Shown here piece by piece: positions 22,470-36,319 of a stretch of 64,000 nucleotides of DNA. The notes beneath the pieces were generated by a model. The model ran no database searches and was not told where the DNA came from. It saw nothing but the letters and a program-made list of their open reading frames with translations. Source of the stretch: Macrostomum lignano (taxonomy: Eukaryota); assembly GCA_002269645.1 (NCBI GenBank), contig NIVC01000338.1, forward strand, positions 29,171-93,170, given 5' to 3'. Numbering within the stretch: the stretch's first letter is position 1; the number at the start of each line of letters is the position of its first letter. The translations under genes and the position numbers were made by a program.

Positions 22470-23264
22470 ATTGATTGCGTCATCGCTCACGCACTATGCA
22501 CGAAGCTTCTGTTTAATTATCTTCTGTCTTCCACACTGCGAATTAACCAAACTGAAAGAATCAGAATGCTTCAGTAAGTAGGGTGTATTACAATATTTTG
22601 TACCTATTTGTTAATTAACCATTATTCCTAATTTAATACTAAACAAGCAAAAACTATGTATATTTCTGTTTACCTACTCAAGCCACGTTACTCGAGCACT
22701 TTTACCAGTACAAAAAGCACTTTTGAAAGCTTTGAATAGCTGAATAATTGCTGCCCAGAATCTATCCAGTATTCGCCACACTGTGCCCAAAAACTTGTCC
22801 CTCCTCGCATGTTCAACATTTTAATCGCGAAATGAACAATATTGTTATTTCTACAGCCAATGCACCGCTTCTCAAATACAAAACCACAACTGCCGTCATC
22901 TATGAATTAGTTGGACGCTTTTACCAGAATTTAACAAATTCGCTTTCCTTGTATTATTATAGAAGTTCAAAATCAAACTGCGGTCGCTCAAAATAGCATT
23001 GAATGTGCATTGACGCAGAAAAGCAAGTGCAAGTAGGGAATAGAAATGAATATAGAGAAACTAAAATTTTATTACATTTATTACATTCTTACAAATCTAC
23101 AAATCTATTATAACCCATGGTGGACACTCAATAAGATCATTGTGGACGACGTAAAATCAGCGCTAAAATAGCAGAGTGATATAAGAGCTAAGAAGCTATC
23201 AAGATGCTTCATAAAATGTCTTACATCAGCTCAGATTTTCAGCATAAGCATCACAAAAGTATCA

Positions 23265-23460
23265 CTTAGCATCACTCAGCATCCCCCGGCATCCCCCAGC
23301 ATCACTCAGCATCCCCCAGCATCACCCAGCATCCCCCAGCATCACCCAGCATCACCCAGTATCACCCAGCATCACCCAGCATCACCCAGCATCACCCAGC
23401 TTCACCCAGCATCACCCAGAATCACCCAGCATCACCCAGCATCACCCAGCATCCCCCAGT
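23265..23460. repeat. 10-bp minisatellite (ATCACCCAGC) abutting the receptor stop codon
   Basis: Direct inspection. Confidence 0.93.
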
Positions 23461-23463
23461 CTC

Positions 23464-26400
23464 CTACATCGGTCCCAGTCTGCAGCCGACGCCGCAGCTG
23501 TGCGCGGAGCCACCGCACGGCGGACTGCGGACGGTCTGCACCCGGGCGGGAATAAACAGCAGGATGAAGGTGGCGATGAGGACCAGGTAGGTCACGAAGA
23601 ACAGGCGGTCCAGCACCCGGGCCAGTGTCCGCCACTCCATGGAGATCACGTTGGCCGCATCGCTGGCCTTCTTCTTGCCGAGGAACATCCTGATGAGCCG
23701 GCTGATCTCCTGCAGATCCTCCTCAACATGCGGCGGGCAACCCAGCAGCAAACCGACGTGCGGCATCCGTCGGCTGGAGTCGCCAACGGCCGCCCAGGCC
23801 TTGCGAACTCCCAGAAGGCCGCTGCCGCTGCCGCGGTGATTCGCCGTCGACGACTCCGCGATACGAAAGTTGCGACACTTGGTGATGCCGCCGCCGCCGC
23901 CGCCGCCGTGACCACCGGCTGAGCAGCCGGATGGACCCGCGACGCTTCCCGACACTGCAAACGTCGCCGCCGATGACGCTGCCGCAGATGTCGACGGCAA
24001 CGCGGCAGCAGCCGATACTCCCGCGGCCTGGCCGGCAGAGTCGGCGCTGCCGCGCCGCTGCACCGGGTCATTGGGCGGCGGGGCCCGGCAGCGGACCAGC
24101 AGCAGGCAGCCGAGGCCCTCGATCATGATCTGCAGACGGAGGGTGGGGAAATGTCTTACTTTCTACTCACTCAAGTAGTGTCTCTGGAGGCTTTCTGGCC
24201 GGACATCTCGTAAGAAGAATCATCAGGACGTCTGATAGCAGCGCCCGGTCGGGCTATCGAGTGGGAACTTCTGGCGACACACAACTCAGCAGGAAATTTA
24301 ATCAAGGAAGAGAAGATCAAGGGAGACGCGCCTTAGCTGCAGGGCGGTCCGAAGACGCAGCGGGGAGGCGAGCGTCGCCCATTCCGCTAAAGGAGACGCG
24401 CCGCGTCAAAAGAAAGTTCAGGCTCTGTAGTGAGGTTTGAAAGACAAGAATAAGCCGGGCACTGCATAGTACGAGCTCAGATTGACGGCAAGCCAGGATT
24501 CGGGCTTGAAAGTTGCTCATTTGAGCTCAAATCCTAACCGGATGGATGCGGAGTGCAGCAGCTAACCAGTCTCCCGACTCGGGCTCACTGGATAATGATG
24601 ATCGCCTCATCTCAGATGGAGCGCGCCTCTATGTAAGCGCAGCAAGAAACGAGCGAGAGGAACTGCACTAATGATTAATCCGCCGCCCCGCCCCGCTGTG
24701 AGGCCGGCCGGTCCACCTGAGGGCACGATGGCCCATGCGGGCGGTGATTGGGAAATCGATGACAACAAGAGGACAGCAGCAGGGCTGAAGTGGGCCGGAC
24801 GAGGCGACAGAGAAAGGAGCCCGAGCCTACAAAGGTGGGGGGGGGGATCTGCGCCAGGCTCCTAATTCTTCTTTATGCCGGCCCATTCACTGCCTCCTCT
24901 CTCCATCCCCGCCGTGCAGTTCCTCCTTTATGCCGCCCAGCCTCGTCAATCTCGCCGGGAGGAAGCCTCCCCGATGCCTCTCCGCCCCCCCTCCCACCGT
25001 CTCCCTTTCTGACTCGGCGGCGTCTCGCGCTAGTGAAAGCCAGGAAAAAGGCGAAGTCGGCTCGAGCTGGATGGAGGGAGGAAAGCCTTTGAGGAGAGGC
25101 CGAGAGCGGATGCGACCGGCGCGATGGCCGAGCACGAGAGAGGAAGGTGGCGAAGCGAAGCTCGGCAATCACGGAGAGGCGGACGGGGTGGGGCAGGTAG
25201 GGGCAATAATTCACTTTGCCGCCATTCCCCGAAGCAACGGGAAATGATAGAGACGCCAACTTTGTTCCGGGAGGGCAGACTCCGGCGAGTTGCGACTTTC
25301 TGAGTTCCGAATATCACAGGGCTGCATCGTGCCAGCTATCGGATCGCTCCCGCATCAGCTCTGCTTCCGGGAAACGTGGGGGAAGGAATAACATGGCGCG
25401 CTAATCTGTGAGCTGGTCACCGACAAGCCTGATGACATCGCTTTGGTAAAACTTTCGGTTCAAAGCTCTCATAACATCATAATCTATGCTATTTTCATCT
25501 TCATAGCGATAATAGAAGGGCCGGAGGGTTGTCGTGCAACTCACAACCGTAAGGGCCAACCAAGGCACAGAGTGTGTACATGCCTGAAATTAGAAAGTCA
25601 GGGCTGCTTTACTCGTACACCCTGTGTGAGCCCTTTTTGTGCTCAATAGTCAGCTGAATGTGCAGAATTCAGAATTGCTTCAGCGCTAGGACCGATGTCG
25701 CCGAAGACGTTGCGTCAGGGTGCCCACAACTCTTCTGCGAATATTTACATTATCATTTACGGGGACTATGAGGCTGAAACTTTGGACTATGGGACACAAA
25801 AATAACCTTCTCAGATTACCGTAGTACTCCATTCTATTTTATATGAGTTCTAAATGTACAATACCGAAAGGCCATCAGGAGAGGCCAAAAGGACATCTTA
25901 TTTTGAAAATGCTGCATTACGAGCGTAGGAATTAAATCTATTTAAATTTTTAAATGAAGTGATGCAGTTTCCGATTTTTATTAAAATGCAGGCTGCCCCA
26001 TAGGAGGCTGTTCTCTGCTCCTCTCCCAAGCTTTCTTCATCTGCAAGAGTGGCAGCCACAGCCGGGCAACGACGGGAATTCGTGATCCCAGTTTTTGTCC
26101 TGAATAGGCAGGAGAAGCCGTTAAACTCGGCAGCCTCCTCGGTAGCCGGGTTTGAGGCGCCGGTTTTAAGCGGCAGAGATTCAGCGGGCAGTGAAAGTTG
26201 AGGAGAGCTGCAGGGAAGTCTCGGGGACACCGCTGCCTCCTTCATGCCGAGTCGTGAGCGACAGGAAGCAGGTCTGGGAGAAGCCGAGGGAAGACGGGAG
26301 GGAAACTGAAAATAGCAGGGAGAGGAAAATAGATGAGGTCAACTCACGCGTCTCAGCAGAGGTGGCATCGGACCGCTTTTGCCGCCGTTAAAGTGCAGAT

Positions 26401-29400
26401 TAACGATAATTGTGACTAGAAAAGTCGAGAGCGTTATGATGCCCATGTTGACGCAGTAGTACCGACCTGCAATTGTGACTTATTTATTAAATTTGAGTTG
26501 AATTTGATGCACTGCTTACCGATCCCACATGTCTGATGCACTGGATGCTTACCGATCCCACATGTCTGACTCACTGTATGCTTACCGATCCCACATGTCT
26601 GATGCACTGGATGCTTACCGATCCCACATGTCTGACTCACTGGATGCTTACTGATCCTACATGTCTGACTCACTGGATGCTTACCGATCCTACATGTCTG
26701 ATGCACTGGATGCTTACCGATCCTACATGTCTGACTCACTGTATGCTTACCGATCCTACATGTCTGACTCACTGTATGCTTACCGATCCTACATGTCTGA
26801 TGCACTGGATGCTTACCGATCCTACATGTCTGATGCACTGGATGCTTACCGATCCTACATGTCTGATGCACTGGATGCTTACCGATCCTACATGTCTGAT
26901 GCACTGTATGCTTACCAATCCTACATGTCTGACTCACTGTATGCTTACCGATCCTACATGTCTGACTCACTGTATGCTTACCGATCCTACATGTCTGATG
27001 CACTGGATGCTTACCGATCCTACATGTCTGATGCACTGGATGCTTACCAATCCTACATGTCTGACTCACTGTATGCTTACCGATTCTACATGTCTGACTC
27101 ACTGTATGCTTACCGATCCTACATGTCTGACTCACTGTATGCTTACTGATCCTACATGTCTGACTCACTGTATGCTTACCGATCCTACATGTCTGACTCA
27201 CTGTATGCTTACCGATCCTACATGTCTGACTCACTGTATGCTTACCGATCCTACATGTCTGACTCACTGTATGCTTACCGATCCTACATGTCTGACTCAC
27301 TGGATGCTTACCAATCCTACATGTCTGACTCACTGTATGCTTACCGATCCTACATGTCTGACTCACTGTATGCTTACCGATCCCACATGTCTGACTCACT
27401 GTATGCTTACCGATCCTACATGTCTGACTCACTGTATGCTTACCGATCCTACATGTCTGACTCACTGTATGCTTACCGATTCTACATGTCTGACTCACTG
27501 TATGCTTACCAATCCTACATGTCTGATGCACTGTATGCTTACCGATCCTACATGTCTGACTCACTGTATGCTTACCGATTCTACATGTCTGACTCACTGT
27601 ATGCTTACCGATCCTACATGTCTGACTCACTGTATGCTTACCGATCCTACATGTCTGACTCACTGTATGCTTACCGATCCCACATGTTTGATGCACTGTA
27701 TGCTTACCAATCCTACATGTCTGATGCACTGTATGCTTACCAATCCTACATGTCTGACTCACTGTATGCTTACCGATCCTACATGTCTGACTCACTGTAT
27801 GCTTACCGATCCTACATGTCTGACTCACTGTATGCTTACCAATCCTACATGTCTGACTCACTGGATGCTTACCGATCCTACATGTCTGCCTCACTGGATG
27901 CTTACCGATCCTACATGTCTGATGCACTGTATGCTTACCAATCCTACATGTCTGACTCACTGTATGCTTACCGATCCTACATGTCTGATGCACTGGATGC
28001 TTACCAATCCTACATGTCTGACTCACTGTATGCTTACCAATCCTACATGTCTGATGCACTGTATGCTTACCGATCCTACATGTCTGATGCACTGTATGCT
28101 TACCAATCCTACATGTCTGACTCACTGTATGCTTACCAATCCTACATGTCTGATGCACTGTATGCTTACCGATCCTACATGTCTGCCTCACTGGATGCTT
28201 ACCGATCCTACATGTCTGATGCACTGTATGCTTACCGATCCTACATGTCTGATGCACTGTATGCTTACCAATCCTACATGTCTGACTCACTGTATGCTTA
28301 CCGATCCTACATGTCTGATGCACTGGATGCTTACCAATCCTACATGTCTGATGCACTGTATGCTTACCAATCCTACATGTCTGACTCACTGTATGCTTAC
28401 CGATCCTACATGTCTGATGCACTGGATGCTTACCAATCCTACATGTCTGATGCACTGTATGCTTACCGATCCTACATGTCTGACTCACTGTATGCTTACC
28501 GATCCTACATGTCTGACTCACTGGATGCTTACCAATCCTACATGTCTGACTCACTGTATGCTTACCGATCCTACATGTCTGACTCACTGTATGCTTACCA
28601 ATCCTACATGTCTGACTCACTGTATGCTTACCAATCCTACATGTCTGACTCACTGTATGCTTACCAATCCTACATGTCTGACTCACTGTGTGCTTACCGA
28701 TCAGCGGGAAAGTCTCCACTGCGCTGGGAATGAGTTCGGCAAGCAGCAGCAGCAGAATGAAGAATGCGACAAAGATGTTCATGCCTGCATGGAATCGTTT
28801 GGTTTTCAGGGCTTTTTTGAGTTACATGTACGAGTACTTTGGAGGCGGAGTTAGGAATCCCAATTATAGAAACTTTACAGAACAATCGGGGAACTCAACA
28901 GCTCCTCACCCAAGAGCATCTTGGCTGGTGCTTCAGGAGGCAGGCAGAAGACAACCAGGGTGAGCATGGACAGCAATATGCACGGCACAACCAGGATGGC
29001 AACGTAGAACGAAGGGTTCCGCATCATGCGGATGCGGTACTCCAGCAGGCGGAACTTCTTCTGCAACGGCCGGCCCAGCCAGTCATGCGCGGGCTCGTGC
29101 CGGTAGGTGACGCCGCTGCGGATCTGCATGATCCGGTCGTCTGGGTCCGCCACGTCCATCTCGCTCTCGCCGTCCGTCTCCCACTCGTTGCTCTCAACGT
29201 AATCACTGAAGTCGACAAACGGCAGCAACTTCTGGATGGAGTAGGTGTCGTTGAGTCGCAGGTCCGTCATGGACCAGTCCAGCAGCAGTTGACGCTCGTC
29301 GTAGGTCCACGAGCCGAACCGGATGCAGCAGAGCTGAAGAGATGGTTATAGTCATGTCCATGCATTTACGCACTTAATGGGCTTGAATGTGGAGAAGCAT

Positions 29401-30700
29401 GCCAATCCCTAGGCCAAATTTTTGTACACAAGCATGGAATCGAACCTTGCAGGTACTTTGAAGCGAGAGTCACATGCTCAAGCTCAAGTTTCACTTGCGA
29501 GGTGACGCAAGCAGTCAACTGAGCTGCAACGTTCCAAAACGGGACCAACTCTGCTTAACTGGTATTTTTGATCGGGACTGAAGATCAGCAGAAATGCTGC
29601 TCTGCCCTTTGCGGAAAGCTACTTTGGATAATCCACTAATCGCTAGACTGCTCAAAACGGCTGTCTTCACTGAATAAGAGGGCTAGCGAGACACAAGCTG
29701 AAAACAGTTAGCCGCAGTAATTACAGACAAGACAGGTCACTGAGACATTCACCTGCGTATCGAATGGGAAGTGCATAATGGTGACCTGACAGGTGGTCTT
29801 GAGCAACGCCTGCGGAATCCACAGAACTTCGCCGCTGCGATCCACTACGACTCGAGCCTCCCTGATCTCCATGGTTCTCTCGTCGGCACTGCTCAAGGTT
29901 TTAGGTTTAGAGCAAAGCATTGTTTTAAATGACGATAGAAATTCTCTCTCTTGGTAGTTTTTGTATAAATCAACATCAAAAACTGATTGGCAAGCCTCAC
30001 AAATTGTACAACTTGATGTCCGGCGTCCAGATCTGCGATGGTGCGACCCGGATCTGCCGGATGGCGCGGAATTCCGGCTCGGTCCAGTTCTCCCAGGACA
30101 GCAGGTTGTCCCGCCAGGTCTGGAAATGGTGTGGAAGGTTGTCACATGTGTTATTAATCATCATGTTAGATTGGTGTTCGCAAGTCAGGTGCAGCCTCGT
30201 ATTTGCATATTCTTGAATTGCAGCCTTCCCTATTCAGTCCCGAGTGTCAAAAGCCAATATGGAACTCACGAATCTCAACCAGCAGTTGGTTCGCAGCATC
30301 TGCTTGTTCTCCTCCAGGTCAAGAATCTGAATCAGGGCCAGGCCCAGCCGGACAGTCATCACGTCTGAGCTGTTGACAACCGGCCGGCCGACAATGCCCC
30401 ACTGCGCGTAGCGGCTCAGCAGCTGGGTTGTCAGGCGCTTCTCCACCGGCCAGCGGTGATCGCCCGGCGACCACTCCTCCTGCTCATCAGGCCTCGGCCG
30501 CCAGTCCGACTCGCTGGCGGCTCTGACGCAGCCTGAAGCGGTTTGAGCACAGCGCATCCTTGACTCAGGAAATTTACATACTGCCGCATACTAAGCTCTA
30601 TCTGTACTCAATAAACGTCACTTTGCACCATATAGCAGGTTTGAGTTCTCGGTAAATACAGAAGCGATAAACACACGGCAATGCTCCTGCAACACAACAT
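23464..30700 (-). CDS. Cys-loop ligand-gated ion channel subunit, nicotinic acetylcholine receptor-like, non-alpha, anion-selectivity (Pro-Ala) motif (~630 aa)
   Basis: Exons: 30700-30622 (tentative signal-peptide exon), 30532-30270, 30119-30001, 29888-29753, 29333-28910, 28784-28698, 26466-26348, 24129-23464. Total 1893 nt, phases consistent. Motifs: RPVVNSSDVMTVRLGLALIQILDL; loop A IWTPDIKLYN; Cys-loop C-x13-C (CQVTIMHFPFDTQLC); loop B FGSWTYD; M1 FYVAILVVPCILLSMLTLVVFCLPPEAPAK; M2 MLLGMNIFVAFFILLLLLAE; M3 YYCVNMGIITLSTFLVTIIVNL; M4 EWRTLARVLDRLFFVTYLVL. Confidence 0.92.
26515..28702 (-). repeat. 33-bp minisatellite x ~66 spanning the exon/intron junction (GATCG|GTAAGCATACAGTGAGTCAGACATGTAG)
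   Basis: The unit begins 5 nt inside receptor exon 28784-28698. Every copy keeps GTAAG. Confidence 0.97.
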
Positions 30701-30981
30701 GGACAGAAAAAGAACAGCCGGAGGGAGCGGCCGGGCCAAGTGCTTGAAACTGGTTGAAGCTGGTCACCCGCTGAAATTGCATTTCCTTCGTTCGATTGAG
30801 CGATTCAGAGAGCACTGAGAGGGGGGGCAGAGTGCCCCAGAGCACTTCAGACGGCGCAGCAGTTTCAAAACCTGAGCAGTTAGTCCTCTTGTCCCCGGAG
30901 CGCCCTGCATGTGGCTTCCCAGCTCCAGACTTCACTTTCAGGTGATCGATGGAGCGACGAAGAAGGCTGGCCGACGAGAGC

Positions 30982-31047
<66 letters not shown>

Positions 31048-32074
31048 ACAAAGAGAGAAAGACCCAGCTTCTGAAGCCATTATTCTTGTCGCTATGGAAA
31101 CAAGTGATTAATCAATCATTGATTTTTGAGCTCCGCTGGAGTTAAATTTCTCAAGCTCCATCACTTACCCAGCAAAAGCAGCAGACAAAAACGGACCAGC
31201 AACCTCGGTGGCGATGCAGCACCGCAGCCTCCTTGACGGCGCATCTGCTCCCTCGGGGGGGGGAGATAAAATGCCAGACAGAAACGGGAGGAAAGGCTGA
31301 AGACAGAGCGGCCGGCCGGGCAGCTGCGGATGCGAGTTCGGGCTGTCCGCCTGCCTGCAGCTTCCCAGCCGCCTTTTCCATTGTTGAGGGCGAGAAGGGG
31401 AAGAACGGAGGAGAGGTGGGGAGTGGCTGAGGGGGGGGGGGAGAAATGAGCACGGGACCGGGGCCTGCAGTCTCCTCCTCTTCTTTCACCCCCCACCTTC
31501 CAATCGTGTTGAATCGCTTCTTCTTTCCAGTCATTTCTGCCCCACTATCCGCTCCCCTCTTCCCCGCTCCGAGCAGGTTGCATGCAATTGCCCGCGTCTG
31601 CTCCTGCTTTCTGTCAAGCAACCGCATGTTGCTGTCTACTTCAGTAGAGCTCGGATTAGAAAGAAAAATATTGATGAAGGTTTAAACCGGCCAGAAAAGT
31701 TCAACCGTCTCACCACAGATGCTGAATCTTAATCTGTGAATGATTAAGGAAATTGTCAGTGAACCAGTTATTCACGGCGGACACACTGAAAATAAAATGC
31801 ATGGAAGCTGCAGGGACAGAGCAGCCCAGCGGTGACCGCGTCAGACCCTTACACCACGACATTGATTTGGAGCTTGTGCACAAAAATTGACTCGGGCGAG
31901 CCTCTAGCCCTAGCACTAGCCCTAGCACTAGCCCTAGCACTAGCCCTAGCACTAGCCCTGGCGAGCGGGAAGGACGGAAGGTGGAAGGTGATAGAAGAAG
32001 AGATATAGAAGTGAGACAGAAGGAGAGATAGAAATGTGATAGAAGAGAGACAGAAGAGAGATAGAAGCGAGATA

Positions 32075-33630
32075 AGTGGTCACTTACTACTTTTCACTGA
32101 TCACATATTACTGGTCACTGGTCCCTTTTCACTGGTCACTTATTACTGTTCAATGGTCAATGGTCACTGGTCACTTATCACTCGACACTGATCACAGTTT
32201 CCTAGTCACTGGTCACTGAGCACTGATTACTGGTCACTGGTCACTGGTCACTGATCACTTATCACTGGCCACTGGTCACTTGTCACTGATCACTGATCAC
32301 TGGTCACTTGTCACTGATCACTTTATTACTGGTCATTGGTCATAGAAGAGACATGGAAGCGAGATAAAAGAGAAATAGAAGTGAGACAGAAGTGAGACAG
32401 AAGTGAGACAGAAGCGAGACAGAAGCAAGATAGAAGAGAGATAGAAGCGAGACAGAACAGAATGGATGGACAAGAGATGGAAGAGATTAAGTTGGCAGGG
32501 CAATAGAAAAACCTGTGCGACTCTGCGAGACTCGCACAGACAGCAAAAGAAGCCAAAAGGCGGAGCGCAGCAAAGCAAAGCAGAAAAGTGGGCGAGCTGC
32601 CTCGGCAGTGCTCGGAGAAGGCGACCGCGGGGCCCGAGCGCGCTGAGGCGGAACTTGGGAAAATTAAATGCAGTCGCAGACCGAGCTCGGGGGGAGGGGG
32701 AGGAGGGAGGACAGTGGGAGGGAGAAAGGGAAGGCAGCCAAGCTAACGAACTTTACGAGGTGACGGATGCGAATCGCGCCCGGGTGAGCAAACAGCCGCC
32801 GGTGCTGCGTCTGAGTGAGTCCGGAGGGGGTAAGGAGGAGGGGGCGTCCCCCAGACACCAGCCAAATCAGAGTTCGCATTGTGCCTCGATAATAGGGCCT
32901 TATTACTGAGGCCTATTTTTAGTTAGTGGCAAATGTTTTTAAGAAACGCTTGTTTTATTTTAGCGAGCGCCACTTTATGATGTCTGAAAAAATGAAAACT
33001 GCTGTTCAAAGTCACTGGTCATTGGTCACTTACTACTTGTCACTGATCACATATTACTGGTCACTGGTCACTTGTCACTGGTCGCTTAATACTTGTCACT
33101 GATCACATATTACTGGTCACTGGTCACTTGTCACTGGTCGCTTAATACTTGTCACTGATCACATATTACTGGTCACTGGTCACTTGTCACTGGTCGCTTA
33201 CTACTTGTCACTGATCACATATTACTGGTCACTGATCACTTGTCACTGATCACTTATTACTGGTCACTGGTCACTTGTCACTGGTCACTGGTCACTTGTC
33301 ACTGGTCACTGCTCACTGATCACTTGTCACTGATCACTTATTACTGGTCACTGGTCACTTGTCACTGGTCACTGGTCACTTGTCACTTGTCACTGGTCAC
33401 TGCTCACTGATCACTTGTCACTGATCACTTATTACTGGTCACTGGTCACTTGTCACTGGTCACTTGTCACTGGTCACTTGTCACTGGTCACTTGTCACTG
33501 GTCACTTGTCACTGGTCACTGAGCACTGATTAAAGGTCACTGGTCACTGGTCACTTGTCACTGATCACTTATCACTGGTCACTGGTCACGTGTCAATGAT
33601 AACTTATTACTGGTCACTGGTCACTGTGCA
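32075..33630. repeat. Two blocks of CTGGTCA/CTGATCA/CTTGTCA short-unit repeat (32075-32340 and 33010-33630)
   Basis: Direct inspection; AGAAGAGAGATA-type repeats flank the first block on both sides. Confidence 0.88.
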
Positions 33631-34269
33631 CAGTGAACTGCAGCAGTCGTGAATTGGCTATCACGCTAAGTGAATTTCTAGTTTTTTACTGAAGTATTTC
33701 TGTTTTCATGTTAACACAAAAGAACAAAACATTACCCAATTCAGCAATGGTTGCAATAAAATAAAAAATTCCCATTCAGTGACTCGCTTGACTTTCCAAG
33801 AGATCCCTCCCAGGTAGTCCCGGCCGGCTGCCAGAGCTATAAATGTCGACTTTCCGATTCGAGAGGAGGTTGCGACAAGGTGCGAGAGAGCAGCTTAGGG
33901 GACTGTTCGAGTAGCTCGGGCTGAGAGCCGCTCCCAGCTCCCGAGCACGCCTCATCAATAATAAACATACGCGCTTAGCAGCTGCAGGCTGGGAGAGACA
34001 GAAGTTGAGAAGCTCAACGAAGATCTCAGAGTTGCCTTGAGTGTCACAGCTGTCCCTGCTCTGCTTGTGCTGTGCTGCAGGGCACAACTCCCATGTTTTG
34101 AGATATTCAGGTCCGGCCTAGCAACACGATATGGGATTTTAATCCTTCTACCAAATGGACAAGCAGCACTCATGCCTGACCCCATCATATCGTTGTTATT
34201 GCCCTGGTGTGATCAGAATGATTCTGTGTTTAAAATTGCCATTTAGCATGGACGTCTGGTGACTCTTTG

Positions 34270-35487
34270 CAAAATGGGAAATGGGAGGGGAGATGGGAGT
34301 GCAAATGGGAGGGGGGTGGAAGAGGGAGATGGGAGGGGAGATTGGAGGGGGAGATGGGAAGGGAGATGGGAGGGAGAGATGGGAAGGGAGATGGGAGGGG
34401 GAGATGGGAGGGGAGATGGGAAGGGAGATGGGATGGGGAGATGGGATGGGGAGATGGGAGGGGAGATGGGAAGGGAGATGGGAGGGGAGATGGGATGGGG
34501 AGATGGGAGGGGAGATGGGAAGGGAGATGGGAGGGGAGATGGGATGGGGAGATGGGAGGGGAGATGGGAAGGGAGATGGGAGGGGAGATGGGAAGGGAGA
34601 TGGGAGGGGAGATGGGAAGGGAGATGGGAGGGGGAGATGGGAGGGGAAGATGGGAGGGGAAGATGGGAGGGAGAGATGGGAGGGGAGATGGGAGGGAAGA
34701 TGGGAGGGGAGATGGGAGGGGAGATGGGAGGGAAGATGGGAGGGGAGATGGGAGGGGAGATGAGAGGGGAGATGAGAGGGGAGATGGGAGGGGAAGATGG
34801 GAGGGGAGATGGGAGGGAGAGATGGGAGGGGAGATGGGAGGGGAGATGGGAGGGAGAGATGGGAGGGGAGATGGGAGGGGAGATGAGAGGGGAGATGGGA
34901 GGGGAGATGAGAGGGGAGATGAGAGGGGAGATGAGAGGGGAGATGAGAGGGGAGATGAGAGGGGAGATGGGAAGGGAGATGGGAGGGGGAGATGGGAGGG
35001 GAAGATGGGAGGGGAAGATGGGAGGGAGAGATGGGAGGGGAGATGGGAGGGAAGATGGGAGGGGGAGATGGGAGGGGAGATGGGAGGGAAGATGGGAGGG
35101 GAGATGGGAGGGGAGATGGGAAGGGAGATGGGAGGGGGAGATGGGAGGGGAAGATGGGAGGGGAAGATGGGAGGGAGAGATGGGAGGGGAGATGGGAGGG
35201 AAGATGGGAGGGGGAGATGGGAGGGGAGATGGGAGGGAAGATGGGAGGGGAGATGGGAGGGGAGATGAGAGGGGAGATGAGAGGGGAGATGGGAGGGGAA
35301 GATGGGAGGGGAGATGGGAGGGAGAGATGGGAGGGGAGATGGGAGGGGAGATGGGAGGGAGAGATGGGAGGGGAGATGGGAGGGGAGATGAGAGGGGAGA
35401 TGGGAGGGGAGATGAGAGGGGAGATGAGAGGGGAGATGAGAGGGGAGATGAGAGGGGAGATGAGAGGGGAGATGAGAGGGGAGATGT
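34270..35487. repeat. 12-bp purine-rich minisatellite (GGGGAGATGGGA)
   Basis: Direct inspection. Confidence 0.95.
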
Positions 35488-36319
35488 GAGTGCAGACGGG
35501 AGGGGACACTGAGACAAGCAGTAATCCAAGCGCATTGCCCCATACTTGCCATAAACCTGTTAAACCGCCTCTGAACACCAGAAAAATTGCTTCAAAACGG
35601 CACAAGAAATTGCGTGCCGGAAAACAGCAATTCGCAATTTCCGGTGGCGTGCGAGAGCGTGAGTCCCCTTGAGTCAATATTGATCAACGAAGGCAAAGAG
35701 AATGTCATTTTTAGGAATTTGATAGCCTGGGACATGAAAGGCAAGGGGGATTCACAGGGGGAGCTGGGGCAGGGTTGCTCAGGTTGAGCACACAAAGTTC
35801 ATGTTTAAAATGAGCGAGGAGAGTTGAGACAGAACTGGAGAGAGCTGCAACTGTCCAGATAATTTCATTAAATACGCGCCATTTATATTTAAATAAGAGT
35901 TGCATTTGTTTATCGAATTCCTGCCCAGAAGGGGTTGGGATTAGGATTATAGACCCCTAAATGGGTGGGAGAAAAGCAATTAGCCACTGTAAACTGGGCC
36001 GCTCCCGCTCTGACATCTCAAAACAGAATTATGTGAGCACAGGGGCGAGCAGAGCTGCCTGTTTCCAGCTTCCAGTTGAGGCTCTGCATCTACTCCAAAC
36101 CTTTCTGGGTGGCTCTTTTACTGCACTTTTTATCCACTTGAATCCCGAGCCCCAAGCTTGCGCTCCTCTAAGAAAAAAGTCGTGCCAAAGTTTTTTGTCT
36201 CAAAGTAGGCTGTATGAGTCCTGCTCTCACCGCTTATGGGAGAGGCGCACTTTAACTGCACAGATATCAGCTCCTCTCCTTCGCTGTTCCTGTTTAGGAG
36301 GGAGAGTAGGAGGGGAATG

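Noticed and set aside
26434-28854. Long ORFs of 782, 772 and 525 aa
   Set aside because: Translations of the 33-bp array; only 28784-28698 is a supported exon. Not independent genes.
34196-35677. Several 330-490-aa ORFs on both strands
   Set aside because: 12-bp purine minisatellite that lacks stops in most frames.
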